From: Octopus vulgaris
Lineage: Eukaryota
Assembly (NCBI GenBank): GCA_951406725.2
Contig: OX597832.1
Span: 56,482,001 to 56,546,000, forward strand
Direction of reading: 5' to 3'
DNA length: 64,000 nt
In this document: in pieces, positions 38,961 through 52,257 of the stretch
Numbering within the stretch: the first letter of the stretch is position 1
How the letters are laid out: every line of letters begins with the position of its first letter
Program-made: the position numbers and the translations under genes
The notes under the pieces: model-generated
Seen by the model: the letters and a program-made list of their open reading frames with translations, nothing else
The model's database searches: none
Told to the model about the DNA's origin: nothing

Positions 38961-41590
38961 GATGGCAGAAGAAAAAACACACAACGAAAAGGCCCCTGGA
39001 TTGACAGAATATCTACAGAACTGGACCCCTTAGAAGAGCAAAAGTGGGAGGGTGTCAAGGTAGAAGATATAAGATCTGCTCTCAGGAGGTCAAGCAAATG
39101 GAAGTCTCCAGGAAAGGATAAAATTCCTAACTTCTGGCTGAATGCCTTCCCAGAGAGCCATGAACTGCTAACAGAACTGTACAATGATGTTTTGCAACAA
39201 CCTAGTAGGATGCCTCCTTGGCTAGTTAATGGGTTAACATTCCTGCTTCCAAAAAGTGAAGAAACAAATGAACCAAAAAACTATAGACCCATAACTTGCT
39301 TAACAACTATGTACAAAACACTAACATCTGTCCTGACGGAATATACCTATAGTTTTTTAACAGACAGCAGCATATTCCCTAATGAACAGAAAGGATGTAA
39401 ACGTGGATCCTACGGCTGTAAAGACCAACTACTCATCAATAAAATGATCTTAGAAGATTGTCACAAACGACACAAAAACTTATCAATAGCCTGGATAGAC
39501 TATAAAAAGGCTTTTGATAGCCTACCACATAGCTGGATTAGGAAATGCCTTGAAATGTATAAGATAGCACCAACTCTGCGAAACTTCTTGACTGTAAGTA
39601 TGAGATCATGGAGAACCACACTAACTCTGAACAGTGACAGTGAATCCCTAAATGCTGGTGATGTAAAAATTTCGTGTGGCATTTTCCAGGGTGACTCACT
39701 GTCACCACTCCTCTTTTGTTTATCCTTAATACCTCTCTCAAAGCTGCTCAATGACGCGCAGTACGGGTATAAAATGTTTGATAAAAATATAAATCATCTC
39801 GTTTACATGGATGATTTAAAGCTTTTTGCAAAAAATGATCAACAACTCAAGGGCTTACTAGCGATAGTCAAACAATTCAGTGACGACATCAGAATGCAAT
39901 TCGGCCTCGATAAATGTGCAAAGGCTACCTTTATCAAAGGAAAAATGACAGAAACATCTAACGTTAACCTTGACCAACAGAATGTCATAAAAGAACTAGA
40001 CCCAGCGGAGAGCTACAAGTACCTAGGGATAATTGAAGGGAACGGAATAAGGCATTCAGAGATGAAGGAAAGGATCAGGAGAGAATGCTATCGAAGAGTG
40101 AGAGCAATACTCAAGACAGAGCTGAATGCAAGAAACAGGATCGAAGCAATCAATGCATTAGCTATACCAGTCGTGACTTACAGTTTCAATATTGTTAACT
40201 GGTCAATTACTGAAATATGTCAGCTCGACAGAAAAATAAGGAAACTGTTGACAATGCATAGAATGCACCACCCTAAGGCAGATACAGAACGACTCTATCT
40301 GCCAAGAAAAGAGGAGGCCGTGGTCTTTTGCAACTGGCAATAACAATGAAGATTGCTACAATTGGCCTAGACACCTACCTGAAAAACTCTGAGGACTGGA
40401 TGCTAAAACTTGTCTCAAAACATGAAAACAAGAAAGCATCATACTCAGTCACAAAACAGGCAAAGGAATATCTAAGTGAATTCCGAATACAACCAATTTC
40501 GGAATTAGAGATAGATATACAAGAAACAAGCACAGAAAAAGCTAGGCGCATGAAAACCCGTGCCAAAACTGCGGCCTTAGATATTCTGAATAATAAATGG
40601 CAAGAAAAACCTCTCTATGGCAAATACCCAAAGAGAGCGAATAATGCAGATATCGACAAAGCCCTGACCCATCAATGGCTAATGGCCTCTGGCTTAAAAT
40701 CTGAAACAGAGGGGTTTATCATAGCAGCTCAAGATCAATGCCTACCAACAAGAAACTACCAGGCCAACATATTAAAGATCAGAAGCAGTCCAACGTGTCG
40801 TGTATGCAAGCAACAAAATGAAACCATTGACCATGTGGTCTCCAAGTGCAGTCTTCTAGCGCCTACAGAGTATCTCAACAGGCACGATAGAGCTGCACAA
40901 TATATTCACTGGGTAATCTGTAAAAACCTGGATTTGCCCCATGAAAAAAACTGGTGGGAACACAAACCACCCCCAGTGCTTGAAAATGACCACATCTCAC
41001 TCCTCTGGAACTTCACCATTCAAACTGACAGGAAGATAGATGCAAATAGGCCAGACATCATATTGAAAAACTTCAAACAAAGAACATGCCTCCTCATTGA
41101 TATGACTGTCCCAATCGATATAAACGTATCTGTCAAGACCTACCAAAAACTGAGCAAATATAAAGATCTTGAAATAGAAATCAGCAAAATGTGGAAGCTG
41201 AAGACTAAAACAATACCTGTTGTCATAGGTGCCCTGGGAATGATAGCAAAAGGGGCTGATAGCTACCTAACTCAGATACCAGGAAACCCAAAAATGGCAG
41301 AAGTTCAAAAGATAGTGCTCATGGGAACTGCTCATATCCTACGCAAAATACTCTCTATGTAATCTCAAGGTTTAAAACAAACATAATTTTCGGTTTAAAA
41401 AAAACAAAAAAAAAAAAAAAAAACCTTTTTTTTTCTTTTTAGACATTCATTAGTACAACATCCCCACCCCCCAAATATATGGCACACTAGGCATAACAAC
41501 AACATGAACTTCAACCCTGTTGTCTCTTGAGGTCTCTGGGTGAGACTTGGAGCCAACTTGTACAAATATAAAGCAAAAGTCAAACATAGA
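38961..41590 (+). mobile_element. 5'-truncated R4/Dong-clade non-LTR retrotransposon (RT + CCHC + restriction-like endonuclease)
   Basis: Motifs WKSPGKD, NYRPITCL, WIDYKKAFDS, GIFQGDSLSP, YMDDLK, CRVC...HVVSKC, RHD and RPDI...K..KY. One frameshift near 40315 joins ORFs 39192-40343 and 40328-41362. Flanked by (TAA)n. Confidence 0.93.
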
Positions 41591-41641
41591 ATAATAATAA
41601 TAATAATAATGACAATAATAATAATAATAATAATGACAATA

Positions 41642-41672
<31 letters not shown>

Positions 41673-41677
41673 AAATG

Positions 41678-41722
<45 letters not shown>

Positions 41723-41730
41723 TTATAAAA

Positions 41731-42325
41731 AAAAAAACTGGTGGGAACACAATCCACCTCCAGTGCTTGAAAATGACCACATCTCACTCCTCTGGAACTT
41801 CACCATTCAAACTGACAGAAAGATAGATGCAAATAGGCCAGACATCACATGCCTCCTCATTGATATGACTGTCCCAATCAATATAAACGTATCTGTCAAG
41901 ACATACCAAAAACTAAGCAAATATAAAGATCTTGAAATAGAAATCAGCAAAATGTGGAACCTGAAGACTAAAACAATACCTGTTGTCATGGGTGCCCTGG
42001 GAATGATAGCGAAAGGGGCTGATTGCTACCTAACTCAGATACCAGGAAACCCCAAAATGGCAGAAATTCAAAAGATAGTGCTCATAGGAACTGCTCATAT
42101 CCTGCGCAAAATACTCTCTATGTAATCCCAAGGTTTAAAACAAACATTTTTTTTTTTTAAAATTTATGTATTAGACATTCACTAGTCCAACACCAAAAAA
42201 AAAAAAACCGAATATATCGTACACTAGGCATAACAACAACGTGAACTTCCAACTTGTTGTCTCTTGAGGTCTCTGGGTGAGACTTGGAGCCAACTTGTAC
42301 AGACATAAAGCAAAAGTCAAACATA

Positions 42326-42327
<2 letters not shown>
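41731..42327 (+). mobile_element. Second, shorter R4/Dong copy (RLE domain + 3'UTR)
   Basis: Near-identical to 40944-41590 except for SNPs and an in-frame deletion after RPDI. (TAA)n on both sides. Confidence 0.92.
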
Positions 42328-42364
<37 letters not shown>

Positions 42365-42399
42365 TGATGATGATGATGTTAATAACAACAACAATAATA

Positions 42400-42640
42400 A
42401 GGATAAAGCCAGGTCTTCAATACCTCAATCATATTGTCACGTGGCACATTTAAATCCCATGGCAATTTTACCATATTGTTTTTCCATTACTGCAAGTATT
42501 CATAGCACTTGTCAGCTTGTTCCAAGTTGTATTTCCTTCATAAAAACCAATAGAGATTTTGCACAACACTGTCGTGCCATCTCTTGTGCTCCTGCGGCTT
42601 GTGGTTTCTCCAATCTTAACACACATTCTGCTTAATGGCA
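42400..42640 (-). mobile_element. Old R4/Dong fragment
   Basis: Minus strand encodes WHDSVVQNLYWFL*RKYNLEQADKCYEY...VKLPWDLNVPRDN, the RHD...LLWDF region. Confidence 0.6.
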
Positions 42641-42674
42641 ATTCAACTGTTTTGTTAATGTGGAATTTTACAAA

Positions 42675-43152
42675 CCATAAATCCTCAAGTATAATCTGCA
42701 CTTTTTTCCCAAAATTTAAAGGTCAAAATCCCTAGTGCGTACTATATACGAGGTTAAAAATGAAAAATATTTTTTAAGCAATATCTGAGTCTCTATTTGC
42801 TGTCCGTCAATGTTTATTCAGACGCATTTTGTGATGTCGGCTAAGCCTGAAAGCAATGAAGTCATTAAAGAATCATCCATAACTTGCAGTAAGCAACATT
42901 TATTAAATGTTATTACTGTTATTTCTTTATTTTCTGCGAACAAAATGCACAAAAAGCTATATGTTTGCATTATGTTATATATGCAATAATAATAAAGGAT
43001 GTTACAAACCAAGGACATTATATAGACCTCTTTGACTTAAGTTAGAGAAGGGGTGCGTAATATACACAAGGTTTAAGTTTTTCAGAGGTACAGACCCCTA
43101 AAAATCCCCTGCATATTATACTCAAGGGTGGACTATACTTGATGATTTATGG
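42675..43152. mobile_element. Tc1/pogo-like non-autonomous DNA transposon (second copy)
   Basis: Highly similar to 29641-30150. Confidence 0.85.
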
Positions 43153-43169
43153 TAGTTGATTCTGAGAAC

Positions 43170-43450
43170 GTGGAGGCACAATGGCCCAGTGGTTAGGGCA
43201 GCAAACTCGCGGTCGTAGGATCGCATTTTCAATTCCCAGACCGGACGTTGTGAGTGTTTATTGAGCAAAAACACCTAAAGCTCCACGAGGCTCCGGCAGC
43301 AGGTGGTGGCCATCCCTGCTGTACCCTTTCACCACAACTTTCTCTCACTCTTTCTTCTGTTGGATGCTCGCTTAGCCAAGCAGGGTGGCTAAGCGAGCAT
43401 TCTGACCAGCGATGTGTAGCAACATCAGATAGCCTGGTCGGTCACGGTTA
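43170..43450 (+). mobile_element. tRNA-derived SINE family C
   Basis: Head tggcccagtggttagggc...ttcaattccc. A reverse copy is at ~58220-58500. Confidence 0.7.
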
Positions 43451-43792
43451 TTCTGATAACAACAACAATAACAGTAATAATAGAGAACTTTTTACCAGAA
43501 TGGGCTATTCGACATGAAGAAAGTTCTAACTAGGTTCTACCTGCAAGGTCATGCTCTGTTTATCTTGATATGAGATCACCATGTCGCACACATATGGTTG
43601 TGTTGTTTGTGCCTTTTGTACTCATATCAGATGGATAGTCATGATGGGTACATTGACCTTCATATGTTTGCACTCCAGTGTCACTTTGATGGCATGCATG
43701 TGCCTAGTGTGCCCTTATCAGATGGGTATACTGGGCTTCGTATATTTTACTTCAGTGTCATTTTGATGGCATGCACTGCTCTCTTACTCAAC

Positions 43793-43843
<51 letters not shown>

Positions 43844-44543
43844 CCTTTCTACTAAAAGCACAAGGTCTGAAATTTTGGGGGAGGGACAAGTTGATTACAT
43901 CAACCCCAGTGTTTCACTGCTACTTAGTTTATTGACCCTGAAAGGATGAAAGGCAAAGTTGACCTCGGCAGATTTTGAATATGCTCTGATACAATAACCA
44001 GGCAGTGGTTCTCATGTCTTCTGATCTTAACTGATTGGAAGTGTTATCATGTACATTGTTTTGTCTTGGTATAAAAGATGGGCTACAGCAAATATTCTGC
44101 TCAATACCACAGATTTGCTTGTCAGTTGTTTGACCATAACCAGTTGAGCATGTCCCTTAGTGGCTGACGATATGTGCACCTTTGATCTCGAGCAGAAGTA
44201 GTGGGGGAGCATCATAGCCATATGCTGAGAGGGATTCTTTGGGGTTTGAATAACTCACCTCTGGAAACATGGGTGTTTCGTTCAACATCCTTAAGCAACT
44301 CTTATTCAGGGACCTTTTGAGCAGGATGGGTTACTTGACCAGAAGAAAATTCTAACTGGGCCTCACCTGCAAGGTCATGTGCTGTTTATCTTGATATGAG
44401 ATCACCATGTCATGCACATAGGGTTGTGATGCATGTGCCTAGTGTACCCTTATCAGAAGGGTAGTCATGATGGGTATACTGGGCTTCGTATATTTTACCT
44501 CAGTGTCATTTTGATGGCATGCACTGCTCTCTCACTCAATAAT

Positions 44544-44588
<45 letters not shown>

Positions 44589-44597
44589 AATAATAAT

Positions 44598-45075
44598 AAA
44601 GTAAAAACAATACCAATAAAAATTGGAGCATTGGGCATGATAAAAATAATATATGAACAAAAATGTAGAAGCTATACCTGGATCCTCAGCACTTCACACT
44701 GTCCAAAATATGACCCTGCTAGGAACAGCCCACATTCTACACAAGACACTATCAATCCAATAATACAACCTAAACAAAACAACCCACAAATACAAGACAC
44801 TCTCTATACAACATTTACCCAATGAAATAAACTCCCACCAGCAAGCTAGAAAACCAAAGTATTACACACTCAACACACAATGCATGCAGTAACACAACAA
44901 AAGACTGCACCACACCTGAAGGGATAAAAAAACTAACACAATACAGTGCTGGGAAGAGTCTGCATGCTCCCCTCAGCAGAAAAAAAACACACAGTGCTGC
45001 ACACATACCAGCAGCACAGAGGTGCAGCAGGTGATGCAGTAGAAATTTGCCTCAATCTACCAAATATTGAACAGT
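44598..45075 (+). mobile_element. Old R4/Dong 3' fragment
   Basis: Encodes KVKTIPIKIGALGMIK and, in another frame, TLLGTAHILHKTLSI. Flanked by (AAC/AAT)n. Confidence 0.7.
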
Positions 45076-46937
45076 TATAATAATGATAATAATAAGTCAT
45101 TCCACTATAGGCGCAAGGCCTGAAATTTTGAGGCTAGTCGATTACATTGACCCTAGTGCATAACTGGTACTTACTTCCCGAAAGGATGAAAGGCAAAATT
45201 CACCTCAGCAAGGTTTGAACTTCAGAACATAAAGGGTCGGGAGAAATGCTTCTAAGCAATTTGTCTGACACATTGACAATTCTGCCATCTCACTGCCTTA
45301 ATATGAGTAATAATGTTAATGATGATGATAATGATGATGATGAGGAGGAGGAGGTTGTTGATGATGATGATGATGATGATGGTGACGATAACAATTTAAA
45401 AAATTTTAATGATTAAGTTATCAGATTACACAAGTCCAAGGCCACGAGATTTGCGGTTAACGACATGATGGTCCTCACGTTACTAACAAACATATCACCT
45501 ACAAAGCAAAGAAAGAAATACACAAGCCTCTGCATGGTCACCCAAGATGCTTGAAATAGCAGCCAAATCTTCCTCAAATTGCTCCCTGCTCAGTTTAACC
45601 CTTTTGATACCACCCTGCTTGAGATCACCTTTGGTTCTATGATACAAACTTCGTTTTTAAGTGATTTAAATTAAGGCCATCCATTAAAATTTCCTGTTAA
45701 TTTATGTTCCAAATACTTGTTTAATAATGACAAAATTATTTCATTAGATTCTTTGTTACTTTAAAAAGTTTACTGAGACCTTTGGAAATATGCAGTGCGT
45801 GAGAAGACCCAGCAAGCCAAGTGTAACCAGCCCACTTATGCATACATTTCCTTCATTGGATACTAAACACTGCTTGCAAAGACCTGTTGAGCAAATGAAA
45901 TTGAAATCGAATCAAATCTAATGATTGGCACTTGTGCCAGTGGGGCACCAAGAGCACCATCTGAGCATGATCGTTGCCAGAGTAGTTGAGCGGCTTCCGT
46001 GCCGGTGGCATGTAAAAAGCACCATTCGAGTGTGATTGTTACCAGCGTCGCCTAACTGGCACTTGTGCTGGTGGCACGTGATAAAACATTCGAGCGAGGT
46101 CATTGCCAGTGCCGCTGGACTGGCTCCTGTGCAGGTGGCACATAAAAAACACTATTTGAGTGTGGCCGTTGCCAGTACTGCTTGACTGGCCCTCGTGCTG
46201 GTGGCACCTAAATGAACCCACTACACTCTTGGAGTGGTTGGCGTTAGGAAGGACATCCAGCTGTAGAAACTCTGCCAGATTAGATTTGAGCCTTGTGCAG
46301 CCATCTGGTTCGCCAGTCTTCAGTCAAATCATTCAACCCATGCCAGCATGAAAAGTGGACGTTAAATGGTGATGATGATGATGGTGGTGGTGGTGGTGGT
46401 GGTGGTGGTGGTGATGATGATGATGATGATGGTGATGATGATGGTGGTGGTGGTGGTGGTGGTGGTGATGATGATGATTGCATTGATTTCAACAGAAATA
46501 TTGTAACAAAAGGCTTAAAGTGTTCTAAATTAAAACCTCCCATTAAAATTTCTTGCTAATTTACGTTCCAAATGCCAGTTCACTAATGACAAAGCTATTT
46601 CACTAAATTCTTTGTTATTTTCAAAAGAAATTGAAACAAAGGCGGTATATTCCACCAGAAATATGGTAACACAAGGGTTTACAAATGAAAGGCTCAGTTG
46701 ATGTATCAGGGATATTTTTTTTCATCTTCTACTTGTTGCAGTCATTGGGTTTAGTCAAACACATCAACTCCATTACATCATCTTTTTATTTTCTTAACCT
46801 GATACTTATTCTATTGGTCTCTGTCAGCTCAATTGCTAAGTTACGGGGACATAAACAAACCAATACCAATAAATCATCAAGAGGTAGAGACACAAACATT
46901 GAGACACATATATAGACATTTACAAATACATATACAT

Positions 46938-46988
<51 letters not shown>

Positions 46989-47575
46989 TGCAGGAGTAGC
47001 TGTGTGGTAAGTAGCTTGCTTACCAACCACACGGTTCCAGGTTCAGTCCCACTCACATGGCTTTGGTCGGCCTGAGGCTATAGTTGAAGACACTTTCCCA
47101 AGGTGCCATGCAGTGGGACTGAATCTGGAACCGTGTGGTTGGTAAGTAAGCTAGTTACCACACAGCCACTCCAGTGCCTATATATATATATATGTATGTA
47201 CATATATATATATATATTCAGTCCCACTGCGTGGCACCTTGGGCAAGTGTCTTCTACTATAGCCTCAGGCTGACCAAAGCCTTCTGAGTGGATTTAGTAG
47301 ATGGAAACTGAAAGAAGCCCATCATATACATGTATATGTATATATATATATGTGTGTGTTTGCATGTCTGTGTTTGTCCCCCCAACATCATTTGACAACC
47401 GATGTTGGTGTGTTTACGTCACTGTAATTTAGCAGTTCGGCAAAACAGACCGAAAGAATAAGTACTAGGCTTACAAAGAATAAGTCCTGGGGTCAATTTG
47501 CTCGACAAAAGGCAGTGCTCCAGCATGGCTGCAGTCAAATGACTGAAACAAGTAAGAGAGTAAAAAGACTAAGAG

Positions 47576-47839
47576 TATATAAAATTAACAGAATGAGATA
47601 AAAAAAATCCAAGGCTACGAAAGATTTCAGAACATTTTTTTTTCTGAAATCTTTCATAGCCTTGGATTTTTTTATTTCATTCTGTTAATTTTTTATATAT
47701 ATGCATGCTAGTATATGACCTACGTTGGACTCCCCACTTGTATAATTATCGAACCTGGAGCTTAACTATAGTCTGTCCATAGCGCTTACTCAGCATTACC
47801 TGACACGTTTGGTCTTCTTGACACCTTTACATTTCATAA

Positions 47840-47841
<2 letters not shown>
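47576..47841 (+). mobile_element. (TA)n-associated fold-back element
   Basis: Arms ~47576-47632 and 47642-47700, plus an unpaired tail. The arm resembles the tail at 63430-63480. Confidence 0.65.
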
Positions 47842-47877
<36 letters not shown>

Positions 47878-48439
47878 TATATAAATCATAAAAATAGAAC
47901 AAGAATGTAGCAGATGACAATAAAAATATCTGGACAGATAGACGATGCAAAGATGGACAGGAAAAACATGGACGGGTCATTTGCAATCTTCTCTCATCAG
48001 TCAAGTTTCCCAATTATCCTTACAGTTTCGGCTAGTTACACTTGAGACTGTTTGGCTCTGGCCAGCCTCAAAAATCTAAGTTAAGAGCATTAAATTTTCT
48101 GGGAGAAAACAAGTTCATGTGTATGGCAATAAAGATATAAAAAAAAAACCGGAGAAACAGAGAAAATGTTACACAATTATAAATGCAAGCAACATGAAAA
48201 CAACAACAGATGTCTTTTGAGTACTTGAGACAAATCATGTTGAGCTGGTGTGAGTAGAGTGAAAGCCTTGAGCCAGGAACATAGGAGATGGACATAAGAG
48301 ATGAAAATCATGAGACAGGAATATAAGAGATGCTTCGCAGCTGGCAGTCAAGCCAAGAAAGAAAGATCATGCTTGACTGAACACCGGTCACTTGGAAGGA
48401 AAGGAGTAAGGTAGGAGGCAGAGGGATATCTATATATCA

Positions 48440-48495
<56 letters not shown>

Positions 48496-48628
48496 CTATA
48501 TATATACATATATATATATGTATATGTATACATAAGGTTAATCCAAACGGGAAAACAGAAAAAACAACAACACGTGGAACAATTACAGTATTATTATTAT
48601 TAGGCGCTCAGGAAAATGGAAGAAGGAG

Positions 48629-48664
48629 GGTATGACGTTTCGAGCGGAGCTCTTCGTCGGAAAC
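48629..48664 (-). ncRNA. Minimal hammerhead-like motif (CCGACGA variant) in TA-flanked element ~48535-48740
   Basis: Minus strand reads GTTT-CCGACGA-A-GAGC(tcc)GCTC-GAAAC-GTC-ATAC. Confidence 0.6.
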
Positions 48665-48879
48665 ATAAGAGATAGAAAGAAAGATCCCGAGACGGGAGGA
48701 CAGAGGAAAAAAAATTGCAGGTCATCTTCACGAGGTCACATACATATATATATATATATATATAACCATGTTTGAACAAGACAACCACAACTTCTAACTG
48801 GAATTTTGGTGGCCCACCCATTTGAACATCCAGAATGCATACCTATTAGTCTGAATCATACAGACAAAAACTCCTCGTA

Positions 48880-48977
<98 letters not shown>

Positions 48978-49735
48978 TTAAAAATAGGATAAAATCTTTA
49001 TAAGAATTTATCAAGTAGTCAGTGTGAAAAAACCTCTTAAGGGAAAAATTTATAATTATTCCCTTTAAATATATTTATTTATATTAATGCCCTATATATA
49101 AGGAGTAAATATTCAAATGAATATATGAATATTTATACAGATATTTTTGCTGTTATTATTATCAGCGGTAAATTCAAATAATTGATAATAACAACAACAA
49201 AAATATAGGTGGGAGAAATGAAATTTATGACTATAATTATAATTAACCATAATTACAATAGAGGGCACACCATGCACCTACTTGCTGGAAAGAGAAGCTA
49301 AATCCTTGAGTAAACCACCGAATTACACTGAAATATACAAAGGGCCAACAGAGTTCCTTTTTGCTCACATGGTAATACTTGCTGAGGAGAGTTGAGGCAT
49401 TAGCCAGAACTTGAAATCACGATCCAAATATATTCAATTCTTCATTCTACAGCTTTGTTTGGTGATGATTCTGATAATCATTACTCACTTGTCCGATTTC
49501 TGTTGGTCTGTTGTATATTTCAGTATAATTCGGTTCTGGCAATGACCACACTCAAAAGGTGTTTTTTACGTGCTACCTGCATGGGAGCCAGTCCAGTGGC
49601 ACTGGCAATGACCACGCTTGAATGTAGTTTTTCACATGCCAGTAGGGCGACTCCGGCATGTGGATTCTATGAATGAAGTATTACTTTCACCATGCCTATC
49701 AGAGTAATTTCCCATTATTTTATAGCATTTTGTCT

Positions 49736-49799
49736 TAATAACTGATGAAATGCTGGAGCAGACTTCAGCCTCAGTATCCGAAACTCTGAGTTTTTTTAT
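49736..49799 (+). ncRNA. Minimal hammerhead motif
   Basis: ATAA-CTGATGA-aATGCTG...CAGTATcc-GAAAC-TCTGA-GTT-TTTT. Helix I is weak. A ~110-nt tail and (TA)n follow. Confidence 0.6.
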
Positions 49800-50106
49800 G
49801 ACAACCAACTAATTGTCACATATTGTATTTATAGATAAATTCCTCTATTTTACATAGTATCAAGGTCTCATTCATTCTTTTGTTGTCATATTATTATTAT
49901 TAATAAATATGTATATACATATAAATATAAATATACATATATATATATATATATATACATAAGTTCAGCAAAAATTTAGATTCAAATGAATATGGTACTT
50001 AATTTAGATGTACCAGAATTTTGTATGGTGTTATCCATAAAAATCCGTGGGGTGATTATAATCAAAATAAGCAACAAGAATGAGTCATTCTTGTTGCTTA
50101 TTTTGA

Positions 50107-50176
<70 letters not shown>

Positions 50177-50244
50177 GGGAGTAAATCCAAACTTACAGGG
50201 AAAAATTAGATTTAGGATTAAATCTAATTTTATAGTATAAATAT

Positions 50245-50418
50245 ATATATATTATATTAAATTAGAGATAAAACCACTATTAGGCAAATCAAACAGTGAA
50301 AATCATAAGCCAATACATAGAAATAAAATTAATTAATATTAATTAATTTTATTTCTATGTATTGGCTTTATGATTTTCACTGTTTGATTTGCCTAATAGT
50401 GGTTTTATCTCCAATTTA

Positions 50419-50430
<12 letters not shown>
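50245..50430. repeat. Near-perfect ~185-bp palindrome in (TA)n; smaller palindrome at 50062-50106
   Basis: attagagataaaaccactattaggcaaatc...gatttgcctaatagtggttttatctccaat. The adjacent 50170-50240 sequence is related to 19610-19690 in reverse. Confidence 0.9.
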
Positions 50431-50477
<47 letters not shown>

Positions 50478-50647
50478 TTTCTACCTCTACCTTTACAGTA
50501 CTTTATTTGACTGGAAAGTAATACATTTGTATTGCAATATTTAATTTTTCATTGGAAACTTTCACTGTTCTCGGTTCTGTTAATGGCTAGGCATTCAGAC
50601 AAGTATATTGGCATTGAGGTAGCAACATTTGAAATATTGTCCAGGTA

Positions 50648-50722
50648 AATCTAGCTGAAGAAGGCTAACCAAATTTACGATAACAAACGTATTTGAAGAG
50701 TCTGAAACCTAGGTACTGGATT
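50648..50722 (+). ncRNA. Type-I hammerhead ribozyme motif, intact core
   Basis: AATCTAG-CTGAAGA-AGGCT...AGTCT-GAA-ACCTAGGT-A-CTGGATT. Helix I is 7 bp, helix II is 5 bp and helix III is palindromic. Predicted cleavage after 50715. Confidence 0.8.
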
Positions 50723-50961
50723 ATCCGATTCTAGGTTGTCCATTTATCTAATGTTCTTCCTAGAGGTAAGATGAAATCTTTTATGTTTACTGCCCTCACA
50801 CATCTTTACCAGTATATACATAGTGAAGCTTTACTAAAGCATCGTAAATTTATTAACTGCTATTTCTAGTAAACATTGGTGCCTTGTTGTACCACTACTC
50901 CATATTTATTCTAAACCCTTGAAAAAGGCCAAGGATGGTCAATGCTCTTCTTCCTCTAAAG

Positions 50962-51249
50962 TAGTGGTTCACAAACATTTTCAGGCTACTGCCCCCTTGG
51001 TTCTAAGGCCACATTCCTTGTGACCCTCCCACCATTCACCATCACAGACATAGACCATTTTCTGCAGCAAGTTCTAAACAACAGTATTTCACAAATAAAA
51101 TTTAATCTAATTAACCTGTTAATTTTTTTTTTTTTTACATCCATTGCCCTGTTTTGGTCACCCCATTATCGCCCCATTTTTCTTCTATGCCTCCCTGCAT
51201 CTTTCCACCACCCCTAGAGAGGTGGCACTACCCACTTTGAGAACCAATG
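50962..51249. mobile_element. hAT-type MITE
   Basis: Perfect 8-bp TSD ctctaaag (50954-50961 and 51250-51257). TIRs tagtggttc.caaa / tttgagaaccaatg. Confidence 0.8.
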
Positions 51250-51277
51250 CTCTAAAGAATACACACACACACACATA

Positions 51278-51512
51278 CAAGGTGGCCCAAAAGTAGGTTT
51301 ACAGTTATTCAACTATCTCTTTCGCATTCATATATTAACAGTTTAGATCTTAATTATAAACAAATATGAAACTATTAATCTATGCTAATTTAGTGGATTT
51401 TGTCGAGCTCCCTTCTCAGATTGTAAGATAGAAATTTAAATGTAATAAAATGTTTTAAAAGAAATTTAAAGTGCCTACGTGATAACTGTAAGCCTACTTT
51501 TGGGCCACCCTG
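51278..51512. mobile_element. Tc1/mariner-type MITE
   Basis: TIRs caaggtggcccaaaagtaggtttacagttat / ataactgtaagcctacttttgggccaccctg. Confidence 0.8.
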
Positions 51513-51513
51513 C

Positions 51514-51562
<49 letters not shown>

Positions 51563-51637
51563 AGTGTGCGTGTGTGTGTATCAAATGAAATAAATGAAAA
51601 ACAGGATGCAAAGGATGTTGTGGTACATATGTTTCGG

Positions 51638-51866
51638 TACACATTAAGGCGGCGAGCTGGCAGAATCGTTAGCACGCCGGGCGAAATGCTTAGCGGTATT
51701 TCGTCTGCGTTACGTTGTGAGTTCAAATTCCGCCAAGGTCGACTTTGCCTTTCATCCTTTCGGGGTCGATAAATTAAGTACCAGTTACGCACTGGGGTCG
51801 ATGTAATCGACTTAATACCTAAGCCTGTCCTTGTTTGTCCGCTCTGTGTTTAGCCCCTTGTGGGTA
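51638..51866 (+). mobile_element. SINE family B, young copy with TSD
   Basis: 11-bp TSD atatgtttcgg at 51627-51637 and 51867-51877. Confidence 0.88.
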
Positions 51867-51965
51867 ATATGTTTCGGGCTTTATAGAACAACTTATTCTT
51901 ACATCAATGCATAATCGATATAACAGATAGATCAAAAGCCTTCTTCAGCTGCGTAGCAATTGCAC

Positions 51966-52058
51966 GCGGCTGAAGAAGGCTTTTGATCTATCTGTTATAT
52001 CAATTATGCATTGATGTAAGAATAAGTTGTTCTATAAAGCCCGAAACATATGTACCGC
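51966..52058 (+). ncRNA. Type-I hammerhead ribozyme motif, intact core
   Basis: GCGG-CTGAAGA-aGGCTTT...AAAGCCc-GAA-ACATATGT-A-CCGC. Predicted cleavage after 52054. Confidence 0.8.
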
Positions 52059-52204
52059 AACATCCTTTGCATCCTGTTTTTCATTTATTTCATTTGATAC
52101 ATATATCCTATCACCTATGCTACTAGCTTGGCATATAAAGGTGCTTACATTTATCAAGTATTCACCTTGAATTTATTATATATATATATGTATATATATA
52201 TAAT

Positions 52205-52257
<53 letters not shown>

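Larger units (their letters stand above)
51578..52176 (+). mobile_element. (TA)n-inserted fold-back hammerhead element, left arm split by a SINE
   Basis: The left arm (51578-51637 plus 51867-51954) is the reverse complement of 51964-52101. A ~75-nt tail runs to (TA)n. Confidence 0.85.

Noticed and set aside
39192-41362. Programmed frameshift or two-ORF element
   Set aside because: R4/Dong elements have a single ORF. The break at the conserved GGRGL motif is best explained by a 1-nt deletion or sequencing error.
47970-48075. Possible additional hammerheads on the minus strand in the TA-flanked segment 47885-48425
   Set aside because: One site has CTGATGA without GAAA, and the other has helix II plus GAAAC without CTGANGA. 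Both are too decayed to call, though the segment may be another Penelope-like remnant.
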